Notes under the pieces: generated by a model
Database searches by the model: none
What the model was told of the DNA's origin: nothing
Seen by the model: only the letters and a program-made list of their open reading frames with translations
Part shown: positions 9,424-18,335 of the stretch, piece by piece
Position numbering within the stretch: the stretch's first letter is position 1
Layout: the number at the start of each line of letters is the position of its first letter
Source: Thermoleophilia bacterium
GTDB lineage: Bacteria; Actinomycetota; Thermoleophilia; BMS3ABIN01
Assembly (NCBI GenBank): GCA_014859345.1
Contig: JACUUL010000005.1
Span: forward strand, 1,072 to 65,071
Direction: 5' to 3'
Length of the DNA stretch: 64,000 nt
Made by a program: the position numbers and the translations under genes

Positions 9424-10374
9424 TCAGCTCTGCAGCGTCAGGCACTTGTCACCCTGGTAGATATGGGCAGCCTCCTCCACGGACATGTTGGCCAGCGTGA
9501 TCGCCGAGATGGCGTCGCACATGCGAACGGCCTCGTCGAGTGGCTTCTGGTGGATATTGCGCCCCGTGGCATTGCCCTGGGCGCCGGCGATGTGTATCTG
9601 GTCATGGAGGCGCTGCAGGAAGGCGGTTGCGTCGGTGGAAGAGCCGCCTGCAGCCACCACCCGGGTGCGTCCGGCCGCCACGACGGCCTCCTTGAATATT
9701 TCGGCCGAATTCTCTCCTTCTTTCTTGGGGTAGTTGACCTTGACGAAGTCCGCTCCCAGCGCCAGAGCCACGCCACAGGCTCCGGCGATCAGGTGCGGAT
9801 CCTTTTCATCGGACACATCCTTGCCCCGAGGGTAAATCCAGAGCACGACCAGCAGGCCTTGGCCGTGGGCGTCCGCAATCAGCTGAGCCGCCTGCTGGAG
9901 CATGCGGTCCTCGAAGGTGCTGCCCAGATAGATGGTGTAGCCCACGGCCGGAATCTTCAGCCCTGCTTCGCGCTTGACGTCGATAACATTCCGGACGCCC
10001 AGCCACTGATTGCTGAAGGGATCCTGTGTGGATTTCTTCACCAGATGTGTTTTTGAGTTAAGCTTGACAAGATAGGGGATATCAGGATAGTCGCCGCCGT
10101 ACATCGAGATCAGGCCCAGCTGGGTGGCGAAGACGCCGATGGTGCCCTTGCTGGCGATCCGGAACATATGCTCGGGGTCGGCGTCGTCCTCGGGGATCCG
10201 TCCCAGCTCATATTCGCCGAAAAAGTCGTCGTTTAGATGCTCAACTTTCTGGTCGCCGGCGAAAAGCATGAGGCGCCCGGTCGACTTTGTCATCAGTCGG
10301 AAGTTTTTAACATACTCTTCCCGCGCCGACTGGGGTACGTCGAGCGGTATCTTGATTTCTGCGGCATCGGACAT
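9424..10374 (-). CDS. DhnA-type class I aldolase (fructose-bisphosphate aldolase family)
   Basis: FAGDQKVEH, WIYPRG, GADFVKVNYP Schiff-base Lys, GRNIHQ. Confidence 0.88.
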   Translation of the reverse strand: MSDAAEIKIPLDVPQSAREEYVKNFRLMTKSTGRLMLFAGDQKVEHLNDDFFGEYELGRIPEDDADPEHMFRIASKGTIGVFATQLGLISMYGGDYPDIPYLVKLNSKTHLVKKSTQDPFSNQWLGVRNVIDVKREAGLKIPAVGYTIYLGSTFEDRMLQQAAQLIADAHGQGLLVVLWIYPRGKDVSDEKDPHLIAGACGVALALGADFVKVNYPKKEGENSAEIFKEAVVAAGRTRVVAAGGSSTDATAFLQRLHDQIHIAGAQGNATGRNIHQKPLDEAVRMCDAISAITLANMSVEEAAHIYQGDKCLTLQS

Positions 10375-10505
10375 GGTTCTCCCTACCTTCCTTTCTCTCT
10401 AACTGGACAGTCTGCTCGAATATCGATCGCCGGGCGAACCCGCCCCGGAAGCGACCACCCGGATAATATATAATAAGCAGGTCGTATCCGCACCAATACG
10501 GATTA

Positions 10506-11759
10506 TTGCCATTGACTTCAGTGACGGAAAAAGCCGGGGCGGCACGGCTTGCATTTTATGAACTGGCTGTCCTGCCCACTAAAGCCAAAAACGCGGCGCT
10601 GCTGGCTATGGCCGACGCCCTGATGGAGAATGTGACCGAGGTAGAGGAAGCCAACGCCAAGGATCTGGGCGCCGGGAAGGCCAAGGGGCTCACGACCGCG
10701 ATGCTCGACCGGCTGATGCTTGACCGGGATCGCGTGGAACTGATGGCCGGAAATCTACGGGAAATGGCGGCCCTGGATGACCCGGTGGGAACCGTCATCA
10801 ACGCCTGGACAGCGCCAAACGGCATGAGTGTGTCACGGGTGAGATCGCCCATCGGCGTCATTGGAATAGTTTACGAAGCCCGTCCCAATGTGACCACCGA
10901 TACGGCGGGCCTGTGCTTGAAGGCCGGCAACTGCATAATCCTCAGGGGCGGCTCCGAGGCCATTCACTCAAACCGGGTGCTGGCCCGCCTGATGGCAGAA
11001 GCCGGCTCAAGAGCTGGCATGCCGGACGGGGTCATCCAGTTCGTGGAGACCACGGACCGGGCTGCCGTAAGCGAGCTGCTGGGCCTGGCGGGGATGGTCG
11101 ACCTGGTGATCGCCAGGGGCAGCCACCGTCTTATCAAGACCGTAACCGGCGAATCGAAGATACCCGTCATGAAACATTACCGGGGCCTTTGCCATATATA
11201 TATCGAGAAGTCCGCCGACCGCGAGATGGCATTGCGGGTAGTCCTGAACGCCAAGACCAACAGGCCCAGCACCTGCAACTCCGTGGAGACGGTGCTGGTG
11301 GACGAAGCCCGGGCGGAAGACATACTGCCCCAACTGGCGGCTTCTCTGAAAGGGGCCGGTGTCGAAGTACGCGCTGATGGCCGGGCCCGCGCCATCGTTC
11401 CGGAATGGTCCGAGGCCACAGAGGCGGACTGGGACACCGAGCACCTGGACCTCATCCTCTCTCTCAAGATCGTCAGCGGGTTCGATGAAGCCATCGAGCA
11501 TATCCGCCGCCATCACTCGGGGCTGGCGGACGCGATCATAACTGAAACCGAGCAACAGGCCGAGAAGTTTCTGGCCATGGTCGACAGCGCCGCGACCTAC
11601 TGGAACGCCTCCACCCGGCTGACCGACGGCCTGCCTTTCGGCATGGGCCCGGCCAGCGGCATCAACACCGACCGGGTTTATCCCCGCGGACCCATGGGCA
11701 TCGAGGAGATGACCGGATCCAGGTTCGTGATCAGGGGAACGGGACAAGTACGCTCTTAA
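10506..11759 (+). CDS. proA: gamma-glutamyl phosphate reductase family protein (divergent)
   Basis: GVIGIVYEARPNVT, LRGGSEAIHSN, TCNSVET Cys, NASTRLTDG. Confidence 0.85.
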   Translation: MPLTSVTEKAGAARLAFYELAVLPTKAKNAALLAMADALMENVTEVEEANAKDLGAGKAKGLTTAMLDRLMLDRDRVELMAGNLREMAALDDPVGTVINAWTAPNGMSVSRVRSPIGVIGIVYEARPNVTTDTAGLCLKAGNCIILRGGSEAIHSNRVLARLMAEAGSRAGMPDGVIQFVETTDRAAVSELLGLAGMVDLVIARGSHRLIKTVTGESKIPVMKHYRGLCHIYIEKSADREMALRVVLNAKTNRPSTCNSVETVLVDEARAEDILPQLAASLKGAGVEVRADGRARAIVPEWSEATEADWDTEHLDLILSLKIVSGFDEAIEHIRRHHSGLADAIITETEQQAEKFLAMVDSAATYWNASTRLTDGLPFGMGPASGINTDRVYPRGPMGIEEMTGSRFVIRGTGQVRS

Positions 11760-11842
11760 AGCAGCGAAAAACCCCGCGACCCCCGGAAAAAGCCTGACTC
11801 CCGGCTGCGTTCTACCGCGGCAGCGTCAGGACCCGCGACGCG

Positions 11843-12901
11843 TCAGACCAGCACGTCGATCCGGCCGGTGTCGTCCTCCGCCTCCATGATTCCGATCTTC
11901 GCGTGCACGATCGTGCCCGCCTCCTTAAGCGCCGACTCCAGCTCATCGGCTTTTTCGGGCGGGCAGGAAATGAGCAAGCCTCCGGATGTCTGGGCGTCAG
12001 CTAGCAGCAGCCGTTCCGCCTGAGAGAGCCCCGGATCGAAATTGGTGAACGCCTGGACGAATTCCAGGTTGTTTTTAGTTCCGCCGGGGACAATGTTCAG
12101 GTCTTCGAAAACGAGGTCGCGCGCAGCCTGGATCGTAGGGACCGCCCGCGCGTGGATCCTGGCGCCTACGCCGCTACCCTGGGTCATCTCGCCCAGATGC
12201 CCCAGCAGGCCGTAGCCGGTAACGTCGGTGCAGGCGTTGACACCCACCTTCACCATTGCCTCCGCCGCCGCCCGGTTGAGCGTGGTCATGATCTCGGTCA
12301 CGCGCCTGATGGCTGCCTCGCTGGCAATGCCCCGCTTGATGGCGGTGGCGATGATTCCGGTGCCGATCGGTTTGGTCAGAAAGAGGACATCTCCTGCCTG
12401 CGCTGTGGAATTGTAGACGATCGCGGCCGGGTCGAGCACGCCGGTGACGGCAAGGCCGTACTTGGGCTCCTTGTCATCGATGGTATGGCCGCCCACGATC
12501 TCGATACCGGCCTCACGGGCCTTGTCGGCGCCGCCTTTCATCATCCTGGTCAAGATCTCCAGCGGCATGCCCCGGGTATGGAAACCGACTATATTAAGCG
12601 CGAACATCGGGCTGGCTCCCATGGCGTAGATATCGCTTAACGAATTGGCAACCGCTATGGCTCCGTAATCGTAGGGATCGTCGACGATAGGAGTGAAATA
12701 ATCGACTGTCTGAATGATTGCCAGATCGTCGGTTATCTGGTAAACAGCGCAATCATCGCCGGTGTTTATGCCCACCAGCACGTTGGGATCGCGCACCGGA
12801 GGCAGCTCCCTGAGAATCTTTTGCAAGTCCGACGGACTTATCTTGCAGGCTCAGCCGGCGCCGTGGGCCAGCTGGGTGAGCCGGATTTCCTGCTCTTCCA
12901 T
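11843..12901 (-). CDS. selD: selenophosphate synthetase, selenocysteine-containing (UGA codon 17 at 12853-12851)
   Basis: Reads MEEQEIRLTQLAHGAG-U-ACKISPSDLQK in frame with the track ORF; TVDYFTPIVDDPYDYG, GGHT, DAQTSGGLL; AGGGAGAGG SD. Confidence 0.95.
12822..12847 (-). promoter_or_regulatory. bacterial SECIS-like hairpin of selD
   Basis: After UGA: GCC-UGCAAGAUAAGUCC-GUC-GGACUUGCA; the apical loop begins about 17-18 nt after the UGA and contains G. Confidence 0.75.
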
Positions 12902-12948
12902 GAACCTCTCCCTTCTATGACGGTTTGTAATACTTAAGTATAATAGTT

Positions 12949-13734
12949 TTAAACGCCTGCCAAATCCAGAGCCATGCCCACCGCCGTGGCGGCTATCACG
13001 AGCGCCAGGACCTGCCGCAGCCGGCGTCTTCTGGTGATCTGCGATAAATATCCGCCTCCCTGAGCGCCCAGGAGAGCGCCTGCGATTAGAAAAACCGCCA
13101 TGGCCATCTCGACCTGTCCGGTCACCACTTTGCCGGCTGACCCTGCAAGGGCCGCCAGAAACACGATGCCGAGCGAACTGCCTATTGTCGTCCGGGTGGG
13201 GATTTTCAGCACATAAAGCAGGACCGGGATGATGATAAAGGCCCCCGATTGGCCCACCAGCCCTCCCACCAAGCCCAAGATTAACGCGCAGGCCGCCGCC
13301 AGGGGCCGGCTGAAATCGATCTCGGACGCGTGCGGTTCCTCAGAAGGCTCCTTTTTTGGAATGAGCATCATGACGGCGGCTATCAATGCCAGCACGACGA
13401 ATACACCCATCAACGCGCCGGCGGAGGCGAACCTGGAAAGCACGGCCCCGGTCAGCGAGGCAACAGCAATGATACCGCCCATCCACAGGACCAGTTCCCT
13501 GCTGACAAATTGGAACCGGCGATGGACGATGACACCGGAGCCGGTCGCGAACAGGCTCTGCACCATGGTGAGTCCGGCGACCACCTTCATGTCAGGATTT
13601 GCGACTCCGAGGGCCGGGGGTACGTACAGAAGCAGGGGGGCCATGATGATGCCGCCGCCGATTCCCAGCCAGCCGGAAAAGAAGCCTCCAACGAGGCCGA
13701 GGCCGAGCAATGTTATGGCCAGCTCGATGGTCAT
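12949..13734 (-). CDS. TauE/SafE (TSUP) family membrane transporter
   Basis: GFFSGWLGIGGG repeat 1, GGLVGQSGA repeat 2, about 8 hydrophobic segments. Confidence 0.9.
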   Translation of the reverse strand: MTIELAITLLGLGLVGGFFSGWLGIGGGIIMAPLLLYVPPALGVANPDMKVVAGLTMVQSLFATGSGVIVHRRFQFVSRELVLWMGGIIAVASLTGAVLSRFASAGALMGVFVVLALIAAVMMLIPKKEPSEEPHASEIDFSRPLAAACALILGLVGGLVGQSGAFIIIPVLLYVLKIPTRTTIGSSLGIVFLAALAGSAGKVVTGQVEMAMAVFLIAGALLGAQGGGYLSQITRRRRLRQVLALVIAATAVGMALDLAGV

Positions 13735-13772
13735 AAAATGGTTGCTTGTTCCTGGGGAGGAGAACCGGCCTG

Positions 13773-14327
13773 TCAGTCCTTGTCTGTCAGGAGTTCATCC
13801 AGATAGGCCACGTGGCTGGAAAATCCGAGGGCTGAGGTATATGCCAAAGCCTCGCTCAGAGTCCGGCCCACCACATAGGAGCCGTGACCGCGGATGACGG
13901 CGGCCACGTGAGTCTGCAGCACCTGGGGGATACGGCTGTTGGTCTGTTCCGGATCCACCACAGGAACCTCCCGGAGAAACACAGAGCCTTCGAGATCCCT
14001 TGGAGCAATCATATCACTTCTGAGGGAGAGGGCAATGGCGTGTGGCGGGTGGGCATGGATGATGGCCGCGGCCGGAGTAAACCTGTAAATGAGCTGATGC
14101 AGGCCGGCATCACTGGACGCGCCGCCGGCGATGCGGTCCGGTTCTTCCCGAAGGGGGATTTCCACCAGGTCGCCCGGACCCAGGCGGCCCAGCATGGCGA
14201 AATGAGTGGTCACGATCATGTGGCCCGCGTGACGGACGCTCATGTTGCCGCCGTGGGACGTAGAAAGGCCCAGCCAGAGAAGATCTTTCCCTACCTGCTG
14301 AAATTGCTCGAAGATCAGGTCCTGCAT
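13773..14327 (-). CDS. class II aldolase/adducin family protein
   Basis: GGNMSVR, SSD...H, IIHAHP, GHG metal-binding motifs. Confidence 0.88.
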   Translation of the reverse strand: MQDLIFEQFQQVGKDLLWLGLSTSHGGNMSVRHAGHMIVTTHFAMLGRLGPGDLVEIPLREEPDRIAGGASSDAGLHQLIYRFTPAAAIIHAHPPHAIALSLRSDMIAPRDLEGSVFLREVPVVDPEQTNSRIPQVLQTHVAAVIRGHGSYVVGRTLSEALAYTSALGFSSHVAYLDELLTDKD

Positions 14328-14342
14328 GATCGTGAACTCCGT

Positions 14343-15698
14343 TCAGCTTGACTTTCCGGCGCCGCCCGCTTCACCTGGCAGCTCCACCGTATGCACAATC
14401 CGGGCCCGGGAGCCCGCCCGGGCAAGCATGTCTGTCAAGTGCATGCGGCACGAGGGGCAGCCGGTAACCACTGCCTGGACGCCGCTGGCTGCAATCTCCT
14501 CGGCCTTGCGGAGCCCTATTTCGAGAGCCATGTCATAATGCTTGAGGCTGAAGAGGCCTCCGCCGCCGCAACAGGATTGCCCGCCCGGCATCTCGATGTA
14601 TCTTACCCCGGGGATGGAAGCGATAATCTCCCGGGGCCCGTCGGTCATGTCCAGCCCGTGGCGGAGATGGCAGGGGTCGTGCCAGGTCACGGTGATCTCG
14701 TCTTCGCCCGCCCCCTTGTCTCCCGGGGACATGCCGGCCCGGGCGCGGGCCGCGCGCTTTTCTTCAGGCCCGGCGACCGCCCCGGTCTTGGCAGGCGTGC
14801 CGTATCCGGCCATAGAGCCCGAAGCAAGGAATTGATGGATGTCCAGCACTTTGGCAGCCAGCTTCCTTGCGTCCGACCGGTCCGGGCCCAGCAGCCTCGG
14901 CAGCTCCTCCCTGAGGGACAGGGCGCAGGACGGACAGGGGGTGACGACGGCATCGGCGTCGAGAACGCCAAGAATGTGAAGATTGTTCTCGAGCATCAAG
15001 CGGGCGGCGCCTTCTTCCCCCAGCGACAGCAGTGGCATGCCGCAACACTTAAGGCCACGCGGGCTGAGGACATCGTTTCCGGATCTGTTCAGCGCCGCGA
15101 CGGCGGCGAGACCCGTTTCCGGATAAAAGGCAGTCGTACTGCAACCAGGAAAGAGGATCACCCGGGAGGCGCCTGCTTCCGGGCCGCCTGACGCGTGCGA
15201 GATCTCCGGCAACATATCCAGAAGAGATCTCCCGGGCGGCGCGGGAAGTACGCGTTTGCGGCCCGAGCGGCAATAAGGCAGGTAACTCGCGGCCGGGGCC
15301 TTTTGGTAAAGGGCAGCCTCCAGGAGGCCCGCCAGCCTTAAACCGGCTTGGGGGCGGCCGCCTGTTCCGGCCAGGGCCGCAGTGGCGGACCGGGACAGCT
15401 TCCAGAACCCGCCTTCCGCGGCCAGAAACGCTTTCGCGGCCGCGATGATCCGGTGTGGGTCGATGCCACTGGGACAAACCCCTGCGCAGGCGCGGCAGCC
15501 CAGGCAGCGGGAGAAGCGGCCGGCCAGTCCGCGGGTCAGGCCCAGACGATCATCGAGCACCGCCTCCAGGAGGCTGACGCGGCCTCTGGCCGCCAGCGAT
15601 TCGTCGCCAGAAACCTGATAGGAAGGGCATGCCTCCAGGCAGGCGCCGCAGCGGGTGCAGCGGCGGATCTGGTCCTCGATCTGTCGGGGAAGGGTCAT
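14343..15698 (-). CDS. GlcF-like Fe-S oxidoreductase subunit (2x[4Fe-4S] + two CCG domains)
   Basis: CTRCGACLEACP, CLGCRACAGVCP, CCG...CPSC, HDPCHL, CCGGGG...CPSC. Confidence 0.88.
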   Translation of the reverse strand: MTLPRQIEDQIRRCTRCGACLEACPSYQVSGDESLAARGRVSLLEAVLDDRLGLTRGLAGRFSRCLGCRACAGVCPSGIDPHRIIAAAKAFLAAEGGFWKLSRSATAALAGTGGRPQAGLRLAGLLEAALYQKAPAASYLPYCRSGRKRVLPAPPGRSLLDMLPEISHASGGPEAGASRVILFPGCSTTAFYPETGLAAVAALNRSGNDVLSPRGLKCCGMPLLSLGEEGAARLMLENNLHILGVLDADAVVTPCPSCALSLREELPRLLGPDRSDARKLAAKVLDIHQFLASGSMAGYGTPAKTGAVAGPEEKRAARARAGMSPGDKGAGEDEITVTWHDPCHLRHGLDMTDGPREIIASIPGVRYIEMPGGQSCCGGGGLFSLKHYDMALEIGLRKAEEIAASGVQAVVTGCPSCRMHLTDMLARAGSRARIVHTVELPGEAGGAGKSS

Positions 15699-15722
15699 GA
15701 ATGATCCCGTTGTTTATCTGGC

Positions 15723-16736
15723 CTATTGCGGAGAGACTGCCCGCAACAGCCTGGCAGCGCTCTCGGGCGCCACGATGTTCACCCAGACACCCGCCCCCAT
15801 CTCCAGGCCTCCCAGCATGGTCGTGCGCGGCAGGATCTCCAGATGCCAGTGGAAGGGCCGGAGCTCTCCATGCAGCGGATAGGTGTGGATCCAGTAGTTG
15901 AATGCGGGATCGCCAAGCCGCTCGTGGTAGCGCATGAGCAGGCCGGTCATCATCTCGGCCATCTCAGGAAGATGTTCGCATTCCTCGAATCTCATCTCGT
16001 GACGGCGCGGCACGATCCAGCTTTCGTAGGGCAGGCGGGAGGCAAATGGGCTGAAGGCAATGAAGTTTTCGCTGAGGCTTATCAGCCGCTCCCCGGATTC
16101 GATCTCCTTCAGGACGATGTCGCACAGAATGCAGCTTAGCTCGCCGGGCCGAGACTGGGCGAAGCCGTCCAGTTCCATGTCTATCAAAGACGGAATGAAG
16201 GGCAAACCGTAAAGCTGCGAATGCGGATGCGGCAGCGAAGACGCGGCCGCGAGACCGTGATTGCGGATGATGTGGACATAGGCGGTGCGGCCCTCTTCTT
16301 TCATGGCCAGGATACGGTCGCGGTACGTGTTGAGCATGTCAAGAACCTGAGCCGGCCCCCGCATCCAGGGAGGCTCTCCATGCTCCGGGGTGTCGACGAT
16401 GACCTCGCTGGTGCCCAGAGCGGGCTTTAGGTCCGGCGAAAATGACTGTTCGGCGCCGGCGCCTGGAACCTGGCTGACCAGGATAGGGAACTTGTTGGGA
16501 AAGACGCGCACAGTCCAGCCGGGGCAGTCGCGGCCCTCCTCTTCACGGCAGGCACTTATTTCCGGAGGAGTCTCCATCTCGTGCCCAGGACAGAAAGGGC
16601 ATTGCTCTTCGGGCTGGGTTTCCGTCACTGCCGGCTCGGGGGCCCCGGGCCGCTTGCCTCGCCCGGCGGCCAGCACCACCCATTCCGAGGTGATCGGATC
16701 TCGCCGGAATTCCGGACTGAATCTCTCTTCGCTCAT
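15723..16736 (-). CDS. galT: galactose-1-phosphate uridylyltransferase-like (GalT/HIT) protein
   Basis: RRDPIT, CPFCPG, NKFP, HPHSQ, HWHLEILPR. Confidence 0.88.
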   Translation of the reverse strand: MSEERFSPEFRRDPITSEWVVLAAGRGKRPGAPEPAVTETQPEEQCPFCPGHEMETPPEISACREEEGRDCPGWTVRVFPNKFPILVSQVPGAGAEQSFSPDLKPALGTSEVIVDTPEHGEPPWMRGPAQVLDMLNTYRDRILAMKEEGRTAYVHIIRNHGLAAASSLPHPHSQLYGLPFIPSLIDMELDGFAQSRPGELSCILCDIVLKEIESGERLISLSENFIAFSPFASRLPYESWIVPRRHEMRFEECEHLPEMAEMMTGLLMRYHERLGDPAFNYWIHTYPLHGELRPFHWHLEILPRTTMLGGLEMGAGVWVNIVAPESAARLLRAVSPQ

Positions 16737-16742
16737 GACCGG

Positions 16743-17078
16743 CTACGTCCGCGGCTGTTTTTTTTCACGGCCAGCGAAGGGCTCCAGTGTCCACTGTCCG
16801 GTGCCTTCGTCAAGGGCAATGTCGTACATGCGGCCGTTGTGGGCGTATACGCGGAAGAAGGTCTTGCGCCGCCTGCTCTTGCTCGATTCCTCCTGCCAGG
16901 TCTTCTTGACCTGCAGGATGGTTAATTTTTTTCCCTCTATCTCGAATGAGCGGGGTCGTTCATCGCTTTTGAAGCCGGAATATGAATGCACGGTGATGGG
17001 CCGGCCTTCGCTCTTTTTTTTGGAGCCGCTGGCGCTCGCCTTTCCTCCGGCTGGCTGATGTTTCTTTTCAATGGACAT
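16743..17078 (-). CDS. small hypothetical protein (DUF6504-like)
   Basis: 'YSG..ERPRSF...W......FRV.....Y......W.L' pattern; TATAAT 7 nt before ATG. Confidence 0.7.
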   Translation of the reverse strand: MSIEKKHQPAGGKASASGSKKKSEGRPITVHSYSGFKSDERPRSFEIEGKKLTILQVKKTWQEESSKSRRRKTFFRVYAHNGRMYDIALDEGTGQWTLEPFAGREKKQPRT

Positions 17079-17143
17079 CGATTCGATTATATGAAACTCG
17101 CGGGCGCCGTACTAAATTAATTTTAGGTTCCAGGCCCACTGCC

Positions 17144-17175
17144 GCGAAAATCGGGGACAGCGAAAATCGGGGACA
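17144..17175 (+). repeat. tandem 16-bp direct repeat (GCGAAAATCGGGGACA x2), member of a dispersed GGGGACA repeat family
   Basis: Seen directly in sequence. Confidence 0.85.
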
Positions 17176-17364
17176 TAATACAATTTTTTGGCAATCCCGG
17201 GAACGAAACTGATGTTCGCGCATTCATGTGGGCTTGCTTGGGGAGTGTGCTGTTGTCCCTGGAGTTTTCGCTCTCGGTTTTCTTCGTACTGGCCTCTTAT
17301 TGATGTTCCCTCCGCCCGCGTCGGGAGCTTTGCAAGCCGGGACTGCGTACCTGCGAATATGGAT

Positions 17365-18072
17365 TTAAATCGGAGGTTCGGCGGCGTGGCGCAGGATATA
17401 GGCCAGCTGGTCGCGCACGAGATCATCAAGCGGCAAAGCAAGTGTCCTGGCTACCGCCTTTTCGACGTCATAATCGGCCCGTTTCAGCTCGACCTTTCCA
17501 TCCTCGATCAGCGCGTAGCCGGCCCGGGGGATGCCGTCCCGGGGCTGGCCGACGCTGCCCACGTTCACCAGTAGCCGGGCACCATACTCCCTGACAAACG
17601 GCTGGTGGGAGTGGCCCGTTAGGATGATGTCGGCATCGGCCATGGCGGCCTCCGCCTCCAGCTCCGCGGCCGGGGTAGACGGCCTCAGGTACTTGAACAG
17701 GTGGTTGCTGGGGGCCGCGTGCACGGCAAAGATGCGCCCGCTGTCGATCTCCGTCTCGAGGCTGGTTGCCGGCTTGCCGATCCAATCGAGATGCTCCCGG
17801 CCGAGGATCTGCCACATATATTCCCTTGTGGCGACGGAGAGGTGCCGGAAGGCCTCGCCGCATTCGCAATCAACCCGGAAGGCGACAGCGTTGTCATGGT
17901 TGCCCCGCACGCGCAGCAGGTCAGGCTGCTGCTTCAGCAGCTCGATACAGGCGGCAGGCTCCGGCCCATAATCGACGATGTCGCCCAGGCAGATAAGAGC
18001 GTCGCGGGGCTCGTCGATGGCCCTCAGCGCGTCGATGTTGCCATGGATGTCGGAGATGACCAGGATCCTCAT
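17365..18072 (-). CDS. metallophosphoesterase (YfcE/calcineurin-like)
   Basis: SDIHGN, LGDIVDYG, RGNHD, GHSH, NVGSVGQPRDG. Confidence 0.92.
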   Translation of the reverse strand: MRILVISDIHGNIDALRAIDEPRDALICLGDIVDYGPEPAACIELLKQQPDLLRVRGNHDNAVAFRVDCECGEAFRHLSVATREYMWQILGREHLDWIGKPATSLETEIDSGRIFAVHAAPSNHLFKYLRPSTPAAELEAEAAMADADIILTGHSHQPFVREYGARLLVNVGSVGQPRDGIPRAGYALIEDGKVELKRADYDVEKAVARTLALPLDDLVRDQLAYILRHAAEPPI

Positions 18073-18236
18073 TTTGCTTCACCGGAAATCTCGCCCTCCT
18101 CGTCAAGCATGGTAATATTTTTCAGCCGCTCCCTGAGGACGCCCTCCTCCCGGGTTAAAAATTCATTGAACGTGTCATGGATTTGCGGATGAACAAAAAG
18201 GTTAAACTCGCCGGCCAGCGCCTTATCGGTCACCAC
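18069..18236 (-). CDS. small hypothetical protein (about 55 aa)
   Basis: GGAGG SD 8 nt before GTG; the stop overlaps the next start (ATGA). Confidence 0.5.
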   Translation of the reverse strand: MVTDKALAGEFNLFVHPQIHDTFNEFLTREEGVLRERLKNITMLDEEGEISGEAK

Positions 18237-18335
18237 CTCGTTTGCCTCCGCCCGCACGAGATGGCTGCTGTCCCGCCGCTCCTGGGCGATTTTCTTTTTT
18301 CGCGTCCAGGCATCCGGAGAAATCCGCTATTGATT

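Noticed and set aside
17144..17179. Possible CRISPR remnant
   Set aside because: Only two abutting 16-bp copies, no spacers and no cas genes.
17206..17217. LexA-like box AAAC-TGAT-GTTC upstream of the DUF6504-like gene
   Set aside because: Imperfect, and about 115 bp upstream of the predicted promoter.
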